64,000 nt of DNA from Octopus sinensis (Eukaryota), in contig NC_043006.1 in NCBI RefSeq assembly GCF_006345805.1, positions 27,652,001 to 27,716,000 on the forward strand. The letters run 5' to 3'. The position numbers and the translations under genes were made by a program. The notes under the pieces are model-generated. The model was not told where the DNA came from. It did no database searches and worked only from the letters and a program-made list of their open reading frames with translations. Of the stretch, positions 25,119 to 38,227 are shown one piece after another (the first letter of the stretch is position 1; every line of letters starts with the position of its first letter).

Positions 25119-25803
25119 TAGAAAAATCAGATGTGGTGTACAAGAGACACAACTGCACTGGTACAATGCTATGATGCAAATGGACGAGGAACCTATGGTA
25201 GAGGTAGACCCTGGAAGACATGGAATGAAGCAGTGAAGTACGATCTTTGAACTTTGAGCCTCACAAAGGCAATAATTAATGACCAAGACGTTTAGCGATG
25301 TGATGTGCTTGAGGGCACCCATCAAGCCAAGTGCACCTGTGTTGGTGGTATATAAAGAACACCTTTCGAATGTTGGGTCTTACAGAGGCGAAGTGGTTTA
25401 CTTCCTTTCACACGTTGGGCCTCACAAAAGCAAAATGGCTGAGTTCCTTCCGAGTGTTGGGTTTCACAGATGCATGACCGAGATTTTGGCACTATGTCAT
25501 GCTTGAGAAAAAGGATCATCAAGCCAAGCAAAATTGCAATCATGGCAGATACCGGTGTCATGCAATTGGCACCTGTGTTAGTGACATGTAAAAGCACTCT
25601 GGTGTCATGCAAATGTTACCTGTGCCAATGGCACATAAAAGCACTCATTACACTCTCAGAGTGGTTGGTGTTAAAAAGGGTATCCAGAAGAAGAAAACCA
25701 TGCCAAATCAGACTGGAGTCTGGTGTAGCCTTCCAGTATGCCAGTCCGATCAAACGATCCAACCCATGCCAGCATGGACAACAGACACTAAATGTTGATG
25801 ATG
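25119..25803 (+). mobile_element. 5'-truncated RTE copy (ORF 3' end plus tail)
   Basis: atcagatgtggtgtacaagag and ggtagaccctggaagacatgg match 29970-30120; shared tail ending aatgttgatgatgat, then (TA)n. Confidence 0.8.
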
Positions 25804-26216
<413 letters not shown>

Positions 26217-29200
26217 ACTTTCTTCTTCAATTTCAACTCCCGGTCGATGCCCGCAGCAAGTTCTTAAAAATTTATCTTACTATTTTTATTCATTGTTACT
26301 ACGTTTATTCATACATTGATAACTTGATTCGTCTTACCCATCTCACTCACTACGAAAATTTAACCTTTTAGGCTACTTTCAAGCCTTCGCCATAACTTGA
26401 TTTATCTTTCCTATCTCTCTCTCTACGAAATTTAACCTTAGGCTACCTCAAGCCGTAATCCCATCTTTTCCCATCTTTCCGCCATTGGCGGTGCGCCCGC
26501 CCCCCATCCCCACCACCAATACCGATGAACACTGTTCTCACCCCCACCACCAATACCGGTGAATACTGTTCTCACCCCCACCACCAATACCGGTGAACAC
26601 TGTTCTCACCCCCACCACCAATACCAGTATACCCTGTTCTCACCATCTACACCGGATACGCCCTACTCATCTACACCGGATACGCCCTACTCCCTCCTCC
26701 TCCCCCACTACCCCTTCTCCTCATATGCTTTCACTGTGAAAAGACAAGCTGCTAGCGCCATAGCTCATCAACTGCCCACCGATCTTACGCTTCCTCCTGA
26801 CACTGCCTCAATCCGACCATCCCCTTTTAGTACCCTCCCGCCTCGTAATATCCTACATTTTTATTTCTTACGAACCTACACCAACCCTTTCTGCCATCGT
26901 TCCTCCTTACCCCAACCTTCCCCACTGGTTGCTCCCCATTATTACCCACCTCAACTTGACCCCCCCTCCCCAACTCAACTCTAGAATATCTGTATTTCTT
27001 TCCTCTACCTAATTACGTTACTCAGTGACGATAACGAATGTCCACTGCTAACACCAGCTCCTGCCCACGGCGTGGCCAGGTTGGAAGAGAGATCAAAAGA
27101 AAAATACCACGAAAACTATCACCACCACAACAACCCTCCTCTTCTCAGGCGCCGAATCCCCCCCGTCCCCCCACATCTCCTTCCCAGTTTTCGGAGTTGG
27201 CACTATCAATGTTGGTACATTGACAGGCAAGTCTAGTGAGATTGTAGAGATGCTAGAGAGAAGACAGGTTGATGTATGCTGCATACAAGAGGTAAGATGG
27301 AGAGATGCTTCGGCTAGGGTCCTCACGGGCAAGGCACTTAGGTACAAACTCTACTGGCAAGGTAACGCGGAAGGTGTAGGGGGTGTACGCATTCTCCTTA
27401 CGGAGGAATGGGTGGATAAGGTCATAGAGGTTGTCAGGGTTTGTGATAGAGTGCTTAAGCTCAGGTTGGTCCTACAGAGTGGCACAGCTATGATTATCTC
27501 AGCCTATGCCTCACAAGCGGGACTACCAAATGATCAGAAGGACAACTTTTATGATACCCTTCTGCAGGCTACTTCAAAGACTAGTAACAAGGACCTCATC
27601 TTTGTAGGTGGAGATTTTAATGGGCATGTTGGGCGGGAATCGGGTATCTTCACTGGGGTACATGGTAGCTACGGTATTGGCACCAGAAATGATGAGGGAA
27701 CTAGACTGCTGGAATTCTGTGATGCATGTAACCTTTCAATCTGCAACACTAACTTCAAGAAGCCAGTCTGCCACCTTATAACTTATCAGTCAGGAGACTC
27801 CGCTAGCCAAATAGACTTCATCCTCACCAGACAACGGGATGCAGGGTTGCTCTTGAATACAAAGACCCTCCCGGGTGAAGAATGTATCCCTCAGCATAGA
27901 CTAATCATCAGTGACTTTAAGCTTGAGGCCAGAAGGACTCCAAGAAACAAACCAATCCAGAAAAGAAGGATTTGGAGGCTAAAGAACCCTTCGCATGGTC
28001 AGAAATTTAGGGACATACTCATCAAGAAATTTGATGAGAGGGAGGAGGAGCTTCAGACGTCAGACATAGAAGGTAGCTGGGAATTCCTACGGGACAGCTT
28101 GTTGAGTGCCACAGACCAAGTCTGTGGATGGTGCAAAGTCCCTTCCAGACCTAGAATTACGTGGTGGTGGAATAGTGCAGTAGATAAAGCCATCTGTGAA
28201 AAGAGACGGGCCTGGAAAGCCTGGAAGGATGGGGGCAGCAGGGAACTGTACCAGATAGCCAAAAGGGAGGCTGGGCGGCAGGTATACATTGCCAAAGATG
28301 TAGCAGAAAAGAAGAAGTCTGCCAATGTCCAGCGTCGCGAGGATCAAAGAGCTGAACTATTTCGGATTGCCAGACAGTGTGTCAGAGAAAATAGCGATGT
28401 TATAGGAGAGAAATGTGTCCGCATGGATGATGGGGCACTTGCTTTTACTACTAGTGAAAAGAAAGAGGCTTGGAGAAGCCATTATGAAAGACTGCTGAAT
28501 GAGGAGAATGAATGGGAGGAGGAGAGCCTGCCAAATGTTGACCCAGTAGAGGGACCAGCTACCCGAATAGACAGCTCCCTTGTAGATAAGGCAATTAAGG
28601 ATATGAAACCAGGCAAAGCCCCTGGCCTATCAGGAATCACTGCTGAGATGCTTAAAACAGCTGGCTATGTGGGCTATGCCATAGTCACCCGCATTGTAAA
28701 CCAGGTAGTTCACAATGGAGTCATACCCAATGACTGGTGCAGCAGCACCATAGTCAACTGCTACAAGGGTAAGGGTGATGCTCTAGATAGAAATAACTAC
28801 AGAGGTATCAAACTGTTGGACCAGGTGATGAAGGTCTCAGAGAAGGTCATAACCAATCTCATTAGGGAGAGAATTTGTTTAGATGAAATGCAGTTCGGTT
28901 TTTGTACCAGGTAGAAGCACCACTGATGCTATATTCCTGGTCCGACAACTGCAGGAGAAGTACCTAGCTAAAGATAAACCCCTCTACATAGCTTTTGTAG
29001 ACTTGGAGAAAGCCTTTGACAGGGTTCCCCGTTCCCTTATCTGGTGGTCGATGCGGAAACTGGAGATTGAAGAATGGCTAATAAGGGCTGTACAGGCTCC
29101 ATACAGAGAGGCTGTCAGCAAGGTTAGGATTGGCAACGAATATAGTGAAGAATTCCGGGTAGAAGTAGGTGTGCACCAGGGCTCAGCCCTCAGTCCCCTT

Positions 29201-30585
29201 TTATTCATCATAGTCCTTCAGGCAATAACAGAGGAATTCAAAACGGGATGCCCCTGGGAGCTCCTCTATGCCGATGACCTAGCTCTCATAGCAGAATCAC
29301 TACCGGAACTAGAAGAGAAATTTCGGGTGTGGAAGCAAGGGTTGGAATCAAAGGGCCTTAGAATAAATGTAGCAAAGACCAAAGTATTAGTAAGCAGCAA
29401 GAGGTACTCAGCACACATCCCCTCGGGTAGGTGGCCCTGCTCAACCTGTAGGAAAGGTACAGGTAGAAACTCCATAAGATGCACCCAATGTAAGTTATGG
29501 ACACATAAGAGGTGCAGCAACATTAAAGGGAAATTAACAGATAAGATAGCTTTCATGTGCGGCAGATGCACAGGGACAATAGACACAACAGACACTCAGA
29601 AAACAGATTCCATCACACTCCAGGGAGAGAAACTAGAAGTAGTTGATAGTTTCCGCTACCTGGGAGACCAAGTTAGTAGCGGAGGTTGATGCACAGAGAG
29701 TATCACCACTAGAATACGAATAGCCTGGGCAAAGTTCAGAAAGCTCCTACCCCTACTGGCAACAAAAGGTCTCTCCCTCAGAGCAAAAGGTAGATTGTAT
29801 GATGCATGTGTGCGAACTGCCATGCTTCACGGTAATGAAACATGGGCTGTGACTGCAGAAGACATGCGTAGACTTGAAAGAAATGAAGCTAGCATGATCC
29901 GCTGGATGTGTAGTGTCAGTGTGCACGCAAAACAGAGTGTAAGTATCCTGAGAGAAATGCTGGATATAAGAAGCATCAGATGTGGTGTGCAAGAGCGACG
30001 CTTGCGATGGTATGGTCATGTGCTGCGGATGGATGAAGAGAGATGTGTGAAGAAGTGCCACTCCCAAACAGTTGAAGGTATCAGGGGGAGAGGTAGACCC
30101 AGGAAGACATGGGATGAGGTGGTCAAGCATGACCTCAGAGCATTGGGCCTCACTGAGGCAATGGCGAAGGACCGAGATCTCTGGAGATATGCTGTGACTA
30201 CAAAGACCCGGGCCGCTTTCTGCAGCAATTCCACATACCCCCTACCCATTCTAAGTACCCCGGATCCCCAAAGTACCCTGGATCCCCAAAGTACCCCGAT
30301 CCCCAAAGTACCCCGGACCTCGTTGCCCCCGTGCCGCTGACACGTTAAAATGCTCGAACCGATCGTGACGATGCCGGACCCTCCGGCCCCTGTGCAGGTG
30401 GCACGTAAAAAGCACCCAATCCACTCACGGAGTGGTTGGCGTTAGGAAGGGCATCCAGCCGTAGAAACTCTGCCAGATTCAGACTGGAGCCTGGAGCGGC
30501 CCCTGGCTTCCCAGACCCAGTCAAACCGTCCAACCCGTGCTAGCGCGGAAAGCGGACGTTAAACGATGATGATGATGATGATGAT
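26217..30585 (+). mobile_element. Near full-length RTE-clade non-LTR retrotransposon (APE endonuclease, RT, PHD insert), recently disabled
   Basis: APE motifs GTINVGTL, CIQEVRW, GDFNGHVG, QIDFIL and SQHRL-like PQHRL at about 27196-27920. RT motifs FVDLEKAFD, HQGSALSP, YADD (29267-29278) and FRYLG. C-terminal GRGRPRKTW. 3' tail ends in (GAT)n. Flanked by (TA)n on both sides. The 5' boundary is approximate. Confidence 0.93.
27038..30340 (+). pseudogene. Disrupted single ORF of the RTE element
   Basis: ORFs 27220-28914, 28883-29689 and 29795-30340 join after removing one T in ggtttttgta at about 28900 (restores QFGFVPGRS) and reading through TGA at 29687. A probable third frameshift lies in the C-run at about 27160, after ATG 27038. 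Confidence 0.85.
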
Positions 30586-30593
30586 ATATATAT

Positions 30594-30651
<58 letters not shown>

Positions 30652-30901
30652 GTATATATATATATACATATAGTGTTGGCCAACGGTCAACTCACAGTAA
30701 ATTAAAATTCCATAAATACTATCTGTAATTTCATATTGACTCGAATGGAAAAATGTGTCACTCAAGAAGAACTTCAGTTTGAACTATTTCCATGATGTTT
30801 CATATTTAGATGCTTTTGATAAATCCATTCAGTTTTTAAACATAAGTAAATCTTGGAATTAAATGGTTTTGATTTACCATCAGGTGACTTTTGGCTAACC
30901 C

Positions 30902-30941
<40 letters not shown>

Positions 30942-30947
<6 letters not shown>

Positions 30948-32185
30948 TTGGACAAAATAATGGAAACACCTAGCATCATAATTTTGGAATATCTATAAAA
31001 TCGTCAAAAGCTTGTTTATTTTTATGTTTCTTGATTTATTATTAGTGTTGCTTAATATGTTTTGCTATAATTGCTGTTTCTTTTCAGATATCATCAAAAA
31101 TGGGTAATTAAAATTCATTAGGATGACAGATCTATCGGACTTTCAATGAGGTCAAACTGTTGGTGCTCGTATGGCAGGTGCTAGCATAATGAAAACAGCC
31201 AAAATGTTTGGTGTATCAAGAAGTACTGTCTCAAAAGTAATGACAGCATTTGAGAAAGAGAGAAAAACCTCCTCAACGAAACAAAACTGCAGAAGAAAAC
31301 CTAAACGTTCAGACAGGAACTGACTCTTACGCGAATTATTAGAAAAGATCTCAAGATTACTACAGAGCTTAATGACCACCACAAGAACCCAGTTTCCACA
31401 AAAATTGCTTGCCAGGAGCTGCACAAAGCTGGATTTCGTGGGAGGGCTGCAATCAGAAAACCACTACTTTCAAAAATAAATGTTGCAAAGCATTTAGAAT
31501 GGAGTGAAAACCTACAGAATTATCCCTAGAGCAGTGGAAGAATGTTATTTTCTTGGATGAGTCATCCTTTACCTTATTTCCAACCACTGGCCAAGGATGC
31601 ATGTAGAGACAGCTAAAAGAAGCATTTGATCCAGGCTGCCTTCATCCAACTGTTAAATATGGAGGAGGATCTGTGATGATCTGGGGGCTATATCTTGGGA
31701 ATCCATCAGCCCAATGGCTTTCCTTCATGGCAGAATTAATAGCCAAGACTATTTAAGCATTTTATCTGATCAAATTCATCCTATGGTTGCAGAACTGTTT
31801 CTGGAGGGAAACGCAATCTTTCAGGAAGATAATGCACCAATTCACACAGCTAAAGTTGTTACTGAATGGCATGAGAAACATTCTAGTGAAGTTGAACATC
31901 TTATCTGGCCACCACAGTCCCCAGCACTCAATATTATTGAACATTTACTGTGCATTTTAGAAAAACAAGTAAGGAGTCAATATCCTCCACCATCATCACT
32001 ACAAAAGCTGGAAACTGTTTTAGCTGAAGAATGGACAAAAATTCCTTTGGAAACAATTCAAACTTTGTACGAATCCATACCTTGTAGAATTCAAGCTGTA
32101 ATTACTGCCAAAGGTGGTCGTACCCCATATTAAAATAAATTTGTTTGAAATTTTAAGGTATTTCCATTTTTTCGTCCAACCCCTG
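30942..32185 (+). mobile_element. Full-length decayed Tc1-like transposon
   Basis: TIRs tagggtttggacaaaataatggaaa / tttccattttttcgtccaacccctg; FQEDNAPIH and WPPQSPALNIIE; inserted between microsatellites. Confidence 0.9.
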
Positions 32186-32201
32186 TGTGTGTATGTGTGT
32201 G

Positions 32202-32273
<72 letters not shown>

Positions 32274-32438
32274 TATGGGTGCAGGTGTGGCTGTGTGGTA
32301 AGAAGCTTGCTTCCCAACAACATGGTTCTGAGTTCAGTCCCACTGCATGGCACCTTGAGAAAGTGTCTTCCACTATAGACTTGGGCCAACCAAAGCCTTG
32401 TGAGTGGATCTGGTAGACAGAAACTGAAAGAACCCTGT

Positions 32439-32506
<68 letters not shown>

Positions 32507-32749
32507 GAAAAATACACCAATGAGTGACAGGACATCACCAACAAGTGAATAATACGTAAACACACGAGAGAAAAGTACAGGACAAAATACTAGAAGATAA
32601 CCCCTCATCAGTTGTTGGTTTGCTTATTACTCCTATTTCATGCTTTTAATGAAAATATAGGGAACTTCATATGACAGCAGCATCCACAAATTTTAAAAAT
32701 GTTAAATTCATGAAGAGTTAGACCTTTGAACAAACAAATGTCTAATATA

Positions 32750-32903
32750 TTGGGTTGGTGCATAATTATTGCAGCTTTTTTCAACAAATTTTATTCAACA
32801 AAAACAATAACAACATGTAACAAACACATCTTTAAATGATTATTCCGGAACATATTCACCATCTACTTCAATTAATGCTTCCCATTTGCTTAGCAGATGG
32901 TCA
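32750..32903 (-). mobile_element. Mariner 3' end remnant
   Basis: TIR ttgggttggtgcataattattgc after TA; minus strand encodes SKWEALIEVDGEYVPE stop. Confidence 0.7.
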
Positions 32904-33056
32904 GACCGTCATTTGATGGATTTCTTGCCTGGAGACCGTTATTCTGTCCCTCAAGGTTAAACTAGTTTGACCTATGAGGTCTCCACCACACCCTCCAGAT
33001 TTGAGAACATAGATTAGTTCTTCTACATATATACACACATATATATATATATTAAT

Positions 33057-33272
33057 CTTTTACTCTGTTACTTGTTTCAGTCTAAGAGTGTGGCCATGCT
33101 GTAACACTGCTTTTCAGTTGAAGAAATCAACACCTGGACTTATTCTTTGTAAGCCTGGTGCTTATTCTATTGATATCTTCTGCCGAACCGCTAAGTTACG
33201 GGGACATAAACACACCAACATCAGTTTCTAAGCGAAGGTGGGGGGAACATAGAAATAAATACACACACATTA

Positions 33273-33312
<40 letters not shown>

Positions 33313-33470
33313 GTATAGGACAGACATTTTCAGTTTCCATCAACCAAATCCACTTACATGGCTTTGGTCAGCCCAAGGCTATAGTAGACACATGCCCAAG
33401 GTGCTAGGTAGTGGGACTGAACCCAGAACCATGTAGTTGGGAAGCAAGCTTTTAACACACAGCCACACCC
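33057..33470 (-). mobile_element. Same SINE family, full length
   Basis: Reverse complement of 46422-46822 with internal (TA)n. Confidence 0.82.
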
Positions 33471-33499
33471 ATATATATACACATACACATGAGGCAAGT

Positions 33500-33970
33500 G
33501 ACATTGTTGTCGTGGCCTCATCAGTGGCAGTACCGCATGATTGACACTCGTGCCAGTGCTGCCTGACTGGCTTCCATGCTGGTGGCATGTAAAAGGCACC
33601 ATACAAGCATGGTCGATGCCAGTGCCGGTTGACTGGTCCTGTGCCAGTGGCATGTAGAGAGCATTATTCGAGTGTAGACATTGGCAGTGCCGCAGCACTG
33701 GCTGTGTGCTGGTGGAACATGAACAGCAGCATTCAAGCATGGTCAATGCCAGTACCGCCTGACTGGCAGTACTGTGCCAGCGGCAAAGAAAAAGCATCCA
33801 CTACACTCTCGAAGTGGTTGGCATTAGGAAGAGCATTCAGCTGTAGAAACTTTGCCAGATCGGATTGGATCCTGGTACATACTACTGGCTTGCGAGCCTT
33901 CACTTAAACCATCCACCCCACACCAGCATGGAAAGCAAATGCTAAACGATGATGATGCTGATGATGATGA

Positions 33971-33975
<5 letters not shown>
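33500..33975 (+). mobile_element. RTE 3'-tail copy with 4-5 modules
   Basis: Repeated gtgccagtggca/gtgctggtggca modules, shared tail, (GAT)n, then (TA)n. Confidence 0.8.
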
Positions 33976-34009
<34 letters not shown>

Positions 34010-34011
<2 letters not shown>

Positions 34012-36065
34012 ACGTGAAGGTTTACGAAAATAAACAAAAGACGAAGGCAGGTGGAGTACAAACAAACAAATGTATTAGTATGGCGCTCAGGAATAGAAAT
34101 AGAACAAGTCTTTTACATTTCGAGGCTACGCTCCTCGACAGAAAGATACACAGAAAAGAAACAAGGAGAGAAAAAAATGCATGTAGGAGCTAATGGTCTA
34201 TCATGGCATTCTGACTTCAGGCAGAGGTCAGACGTTAGACGCTAGAGGGATAGTAGGGGAGATAACAGGGTCAAGTGACTTCCAAAACGAAGGTGGCCCC
34301 AACACGAAGGTGCGTGTGTGTATAAGAGAGTATGTATGTGCGTGTGAAAGGGGGCTGGTGGTCTGAACGTGTGTATGTATGTGTGGGTGTGGAGATATGG
34401 AGATATGGGGATGGGTGTGTGGGTGGTGTGTTGTGATATATGTGTATGTATGTTTAGGTGTAAAGATGTGGGGATGGGTGTGTGGGCGGTGTGCTGTGGG
34501 TCGTGTGTTGTGATGTGATGTGTAATGTCGTATGGTGTAGTGTAGTGTGGTGTGATGTTGTGGGGAGGTGGGGGTGAGAGTGGGGAAAGCCCATGTGGGG
34601 TGTGGGTTCGGCTGGGGGTTGGGGTAGAGTGAGGGTTGTGGGGAGAGTGAGAGGGGGAGAGAAGAGAGCGGAGGGGAGGGGAGGAGAAGGAGGGGCGTGG
34701 TAGGGAGAGGAGGAGGAGGAGAGAAAGAGAAGGAGGGAAAGGGAGAAGGGGAGTGAGGGAGCAGAGAGAAAGAGAGAAGGGGAAGAGGGAAGAAGAAAGA
34801 AGAAGAGGGAAGAAGGGAAAGAAGGGAAGAGGAGGGAAAGAGAGTAGGGGTGAAAAGATGAAGGACTGAAGAGAAGTAGGAGTCGGGGGGAGGTTAGATG
34901 AAAAGGGGGAAGAGTTGAGCCCAAATGGTGTAAAAGAGCGAAGAGAGAAGATTAATCCCTGTTCACGGCACAAGCGGTAATCCGGATGGCCTCTGTGCAA
35001 GGACAATCCGAACACAGACAGGTGTTGCAAGGAGTGACCAGTGGAGCAGAAATGGCGTGAGACTGGTGTGTCATTGGCGAGGCGGATATCTTGGAGGTGT
35101 TCCGCGAACCGGTCAGCCAAGCGGCGTCCCATTTGTCCGATGTACAGGGAATGGCAGAGGGAGCAGGAGATGCAATAGATGATATTGCTGGAGGTGCAGG
35201 TGAAGGAGTCGATGATGCGATAGGGTCAATGATGGGTGCCGGTGAGGAGGGTGGTGTTGGAGAGGTAAGGGCAAGTGTGGCAATGTGGGCGGGAGCAGGG
35301 GAACGAGCCAGGTTGGGAGGTAGGGTCAGGGAAGAAGCTGTGAATCAAGAAGTCTCGTAGGTTATGGGCTCGTTTGAAGGAGGGGAGGGGTCGGTTAGGG
35401 AAGAGGTGTGAAGTGGACGAGTCGGACTGGAGATGCCGGAAAGCTCGAAGAATGGTGCGTTGGAGAGGTAGGGTGGTGGGGTGGTAAGTGAGGGGAAAAG
35501 GGAGGCGGTAGACTGCAGGGCGGGTTCGGGGGGGGGAGCAGATGCACGATCTACGGAACGTGCTCTGGCAAGGGCGGTGTGGATAGTGGTGAGGGGGTAT
35601 CCACGTAGGATGAAGTGGCGAGCCATGAGTTGAGACAGTCTCAAAGTCATGGTCGTCATTACAGAGCCTACGTAGATGGAGGAATTGGGAATAGGGGATG
35701 GAAAGCTTGGTGTGTTTGGGGTGGGAGGAAGAGAAGTTTAGGTATGAGTGTGAGTCTGTGTGTTTGTAGTGAATGGAGGTGGTAAGAGTGGAGTGATGAA
35801 TGCTGACCAAAACGTCGAGGAAGGAGACAGAGGTGTTGGAGATAGTACAGGTGAAGTGGAGGGCAGGACGGAAGGATTGAACGAAAGAGAGGAAGGAGTC
35901 TAGATGTTCACGGGAGAGTGAGGTGGCACCGATAATGTCATCAATGTAACTACCGTATAGTTCAGGAGTGGGACCAGTGAAACTAGAGAATATTTGGGCC
36001 TCAACATAGCCAAAGAACAGGTTTGCATAGTTGGGGCCCATTCGCATTCCCATGGCCACTCCCAA
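34010..36065 (-). mobile_element. 5'-truncated Penelope-like element (RT plus GIY-YIG endonuclease, Neptune-like linker) with 3' pseudo-LTR
   Basis: [20 protein letters not shown] (35937-35948), SFLDV, YKHTDSHSYL..SSHP..SIPYSQFL; linker CSRPHCHTC; GIY-YIG NIIYCISCSLCHSLYIGQMGRRLADRFAEH. Frameshifted. Both ends abut (TA)n. Confidence 0.92.
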
Positions 36066-36342
36066 TATACATATATATATGCACATATATATATATATAT
36101 ATATATATATGCATATATATATATATATATATACATATATATGTATATACAAATATATATAGATATATATATATATACATATATATATAAATAAAAATCC
36201 ATATGTACATATACACATATATACACACATATATATACATATATACACATATATACACATATACACACATATATACATCTATATATACAGATACACATAC
36301 ACGCACACACACATATATATACAAACACAGACAATGTATTCA

Positions 36343-36376
<34 letters not shown>

Positions 36377-36428
36377 CATATACATATATATACATACACA
36401 TATATATACATACATATATATACACACA
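36066..36428. repeat. (TA)n/(CA)n microsatellite tract
   Basis: Directly visible; separates the Penelope 5' break from a SINE tail. Confidence 0.9.
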
Positions 36429-36623
36429 TTCTTTTATTCTTTTCAATGCTTCAGTCATTCGATCATGGCTATGCTCCAGCATCACCTTTACTCAAGCAAA
36501 TCAACCCCAGAACTAATTCTTTGTAAGCCTAGAATTTATTCTATCAGTCTCTTTTGCCGAACCACTGAGTTACGGGGACGCAAACACATCGGCTCTCAAG
36601 GGATATTGGGGGGACAAACACAG

Positions 36624-36677
<54 letters not shown>

Positions 36678-36803
36678 CACAGGTTTCTTTCAGTTTCTGT
36701 CTACCAACTCTACTCACAAGGTTTTGAGGTGCCATGCACCGAGATTGAACTGAGAGCCATGTGGTTCATAAGCAAGCTACATCCCACACAGCCACTCCTG
36801 TGC
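36429..36803 (-). mobile_element. Same SINE family
   Basis: Head, internal (CA)n(TA)n and tail all recognisable. Confidence 0.8.
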
Positions 36804-37454
36804 GTGTATATATATATATATATTTATATAACAAAGTGGAGTTGTAAGGTACCACACATATACACAAGTAACCATTACTTAAATTTAATCTTAAAAAACT
36901 TTGCATGTGCATAGTTTTTCCTTCCCCAATTGTAAACACTGCTTAAGTAACAAATTTTTAATGCAAGTAAGTGACAAATTTCTTTTTACACATAAAACTG
37001 CACACAGAACACACTAAATAGTGACATGAAATTACCAGAAGCTGTATTAACGTATTACTGCATATCTTATTCAACAATTTAAAACTAAGAGAAATACTCA
37101 AAACAATTATTTCATTGTTTTTTTTTTTTAATTCTATATACAAAAAAAAACTTTGCTTCTTCATGCACATTAGAGACTTATAGCATTAAGTTGACAGAAA
37201 ACAAATCTGAACATAAACATTTCAATAGATAGTAAGAGAAATGGCTTGTTTTCTTCTAAATAAAGTCAATTTATCAAGTAATGCCAACTTACTGATGAAG
37301 TGTATCATCTTATTTGGTCATGTTAAAATTGCAAATAACAAAAAAATTTACAAAAACACTCAGAAATAAACACGATATAAGCATAGTGAAGAATATGCAA
37401 ACCTGTCTTGACATTGAGACAAACAATTGTTAAAGACAGATGAAGGTGACATAC

Positions 37455-37540
37455 CCCAGAGGAGACTGCTGGCGCTCCTGATACTTTGCAAGATGGTCAC
37501 CCACTAATGCTTGGTCAGCATCATCAATCAACGAGTCAGA
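37455..37540 (-). CDS. ATP6V0A1: V-ATPase V0 subunit a, alternative linker exon B (SDSLIDDADQALVGDHLAKYQERQQSPL-G)
   Basis: Acceptor cttcatttgcttaatactag, 86 nt from phase 0 to phase 2, donor GG|gtatgt. Acidic linker ending in PLG, in frame with the next exon. Confidence 0.8.
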
Positions 37541-38185
37541 CTAGTATTAAGCAAATGAAGAAATTGACATAAATTTTCTTCATAATCATTTAAGATGTTA
37601 ACTGGTTGATAAACACACATTTAGTCCATACATAATGATTAGATTTACAGTCTGAAACATGCTTTTTTTTTTCTTTCCTTTTTTTGTTTGTAAAGCTACA
37701 CAAAATTACACACAACAGGAGAGAAGAATCCTCAAAATGAGAATTAAAATGAGGATTTATGGGCTGAAGAGAGGGAGGAAAAAAGAAGAGAAAAATGAGA
37801 TGGATAAATACAAAAGTATACAAATCAGAAAAAGCTATAAACTTATGATGTTCAAAGAATTCTTCTTAATACACAAGTTTTTAAACATAATTAACAAAAA
37901 AATTGATTCATTCTACCTCCAGCAACAGCAACAATATATTCAAATAGATAAATGAAAGGCAAAAATATGTCAATCATAAAAATATATACAAGAAATGAAA
38001 TCTGAAAAAAGAAAAGTTAAATGAAATTTCAAAAATTTTTTTCTATTGAGAAGGACATTTTATTAGAGATAAAACCGCATTAAATACATTATATAGAAAA
38101 GTTGCAGTATTCTAACAATGTACAATACCTTTTTTTTGTAAGTAATAATGTAAAAGTAAATCTATAATTGAAGATGTTTGAATCT

Positions 38186-38227
<42 letters not shown>

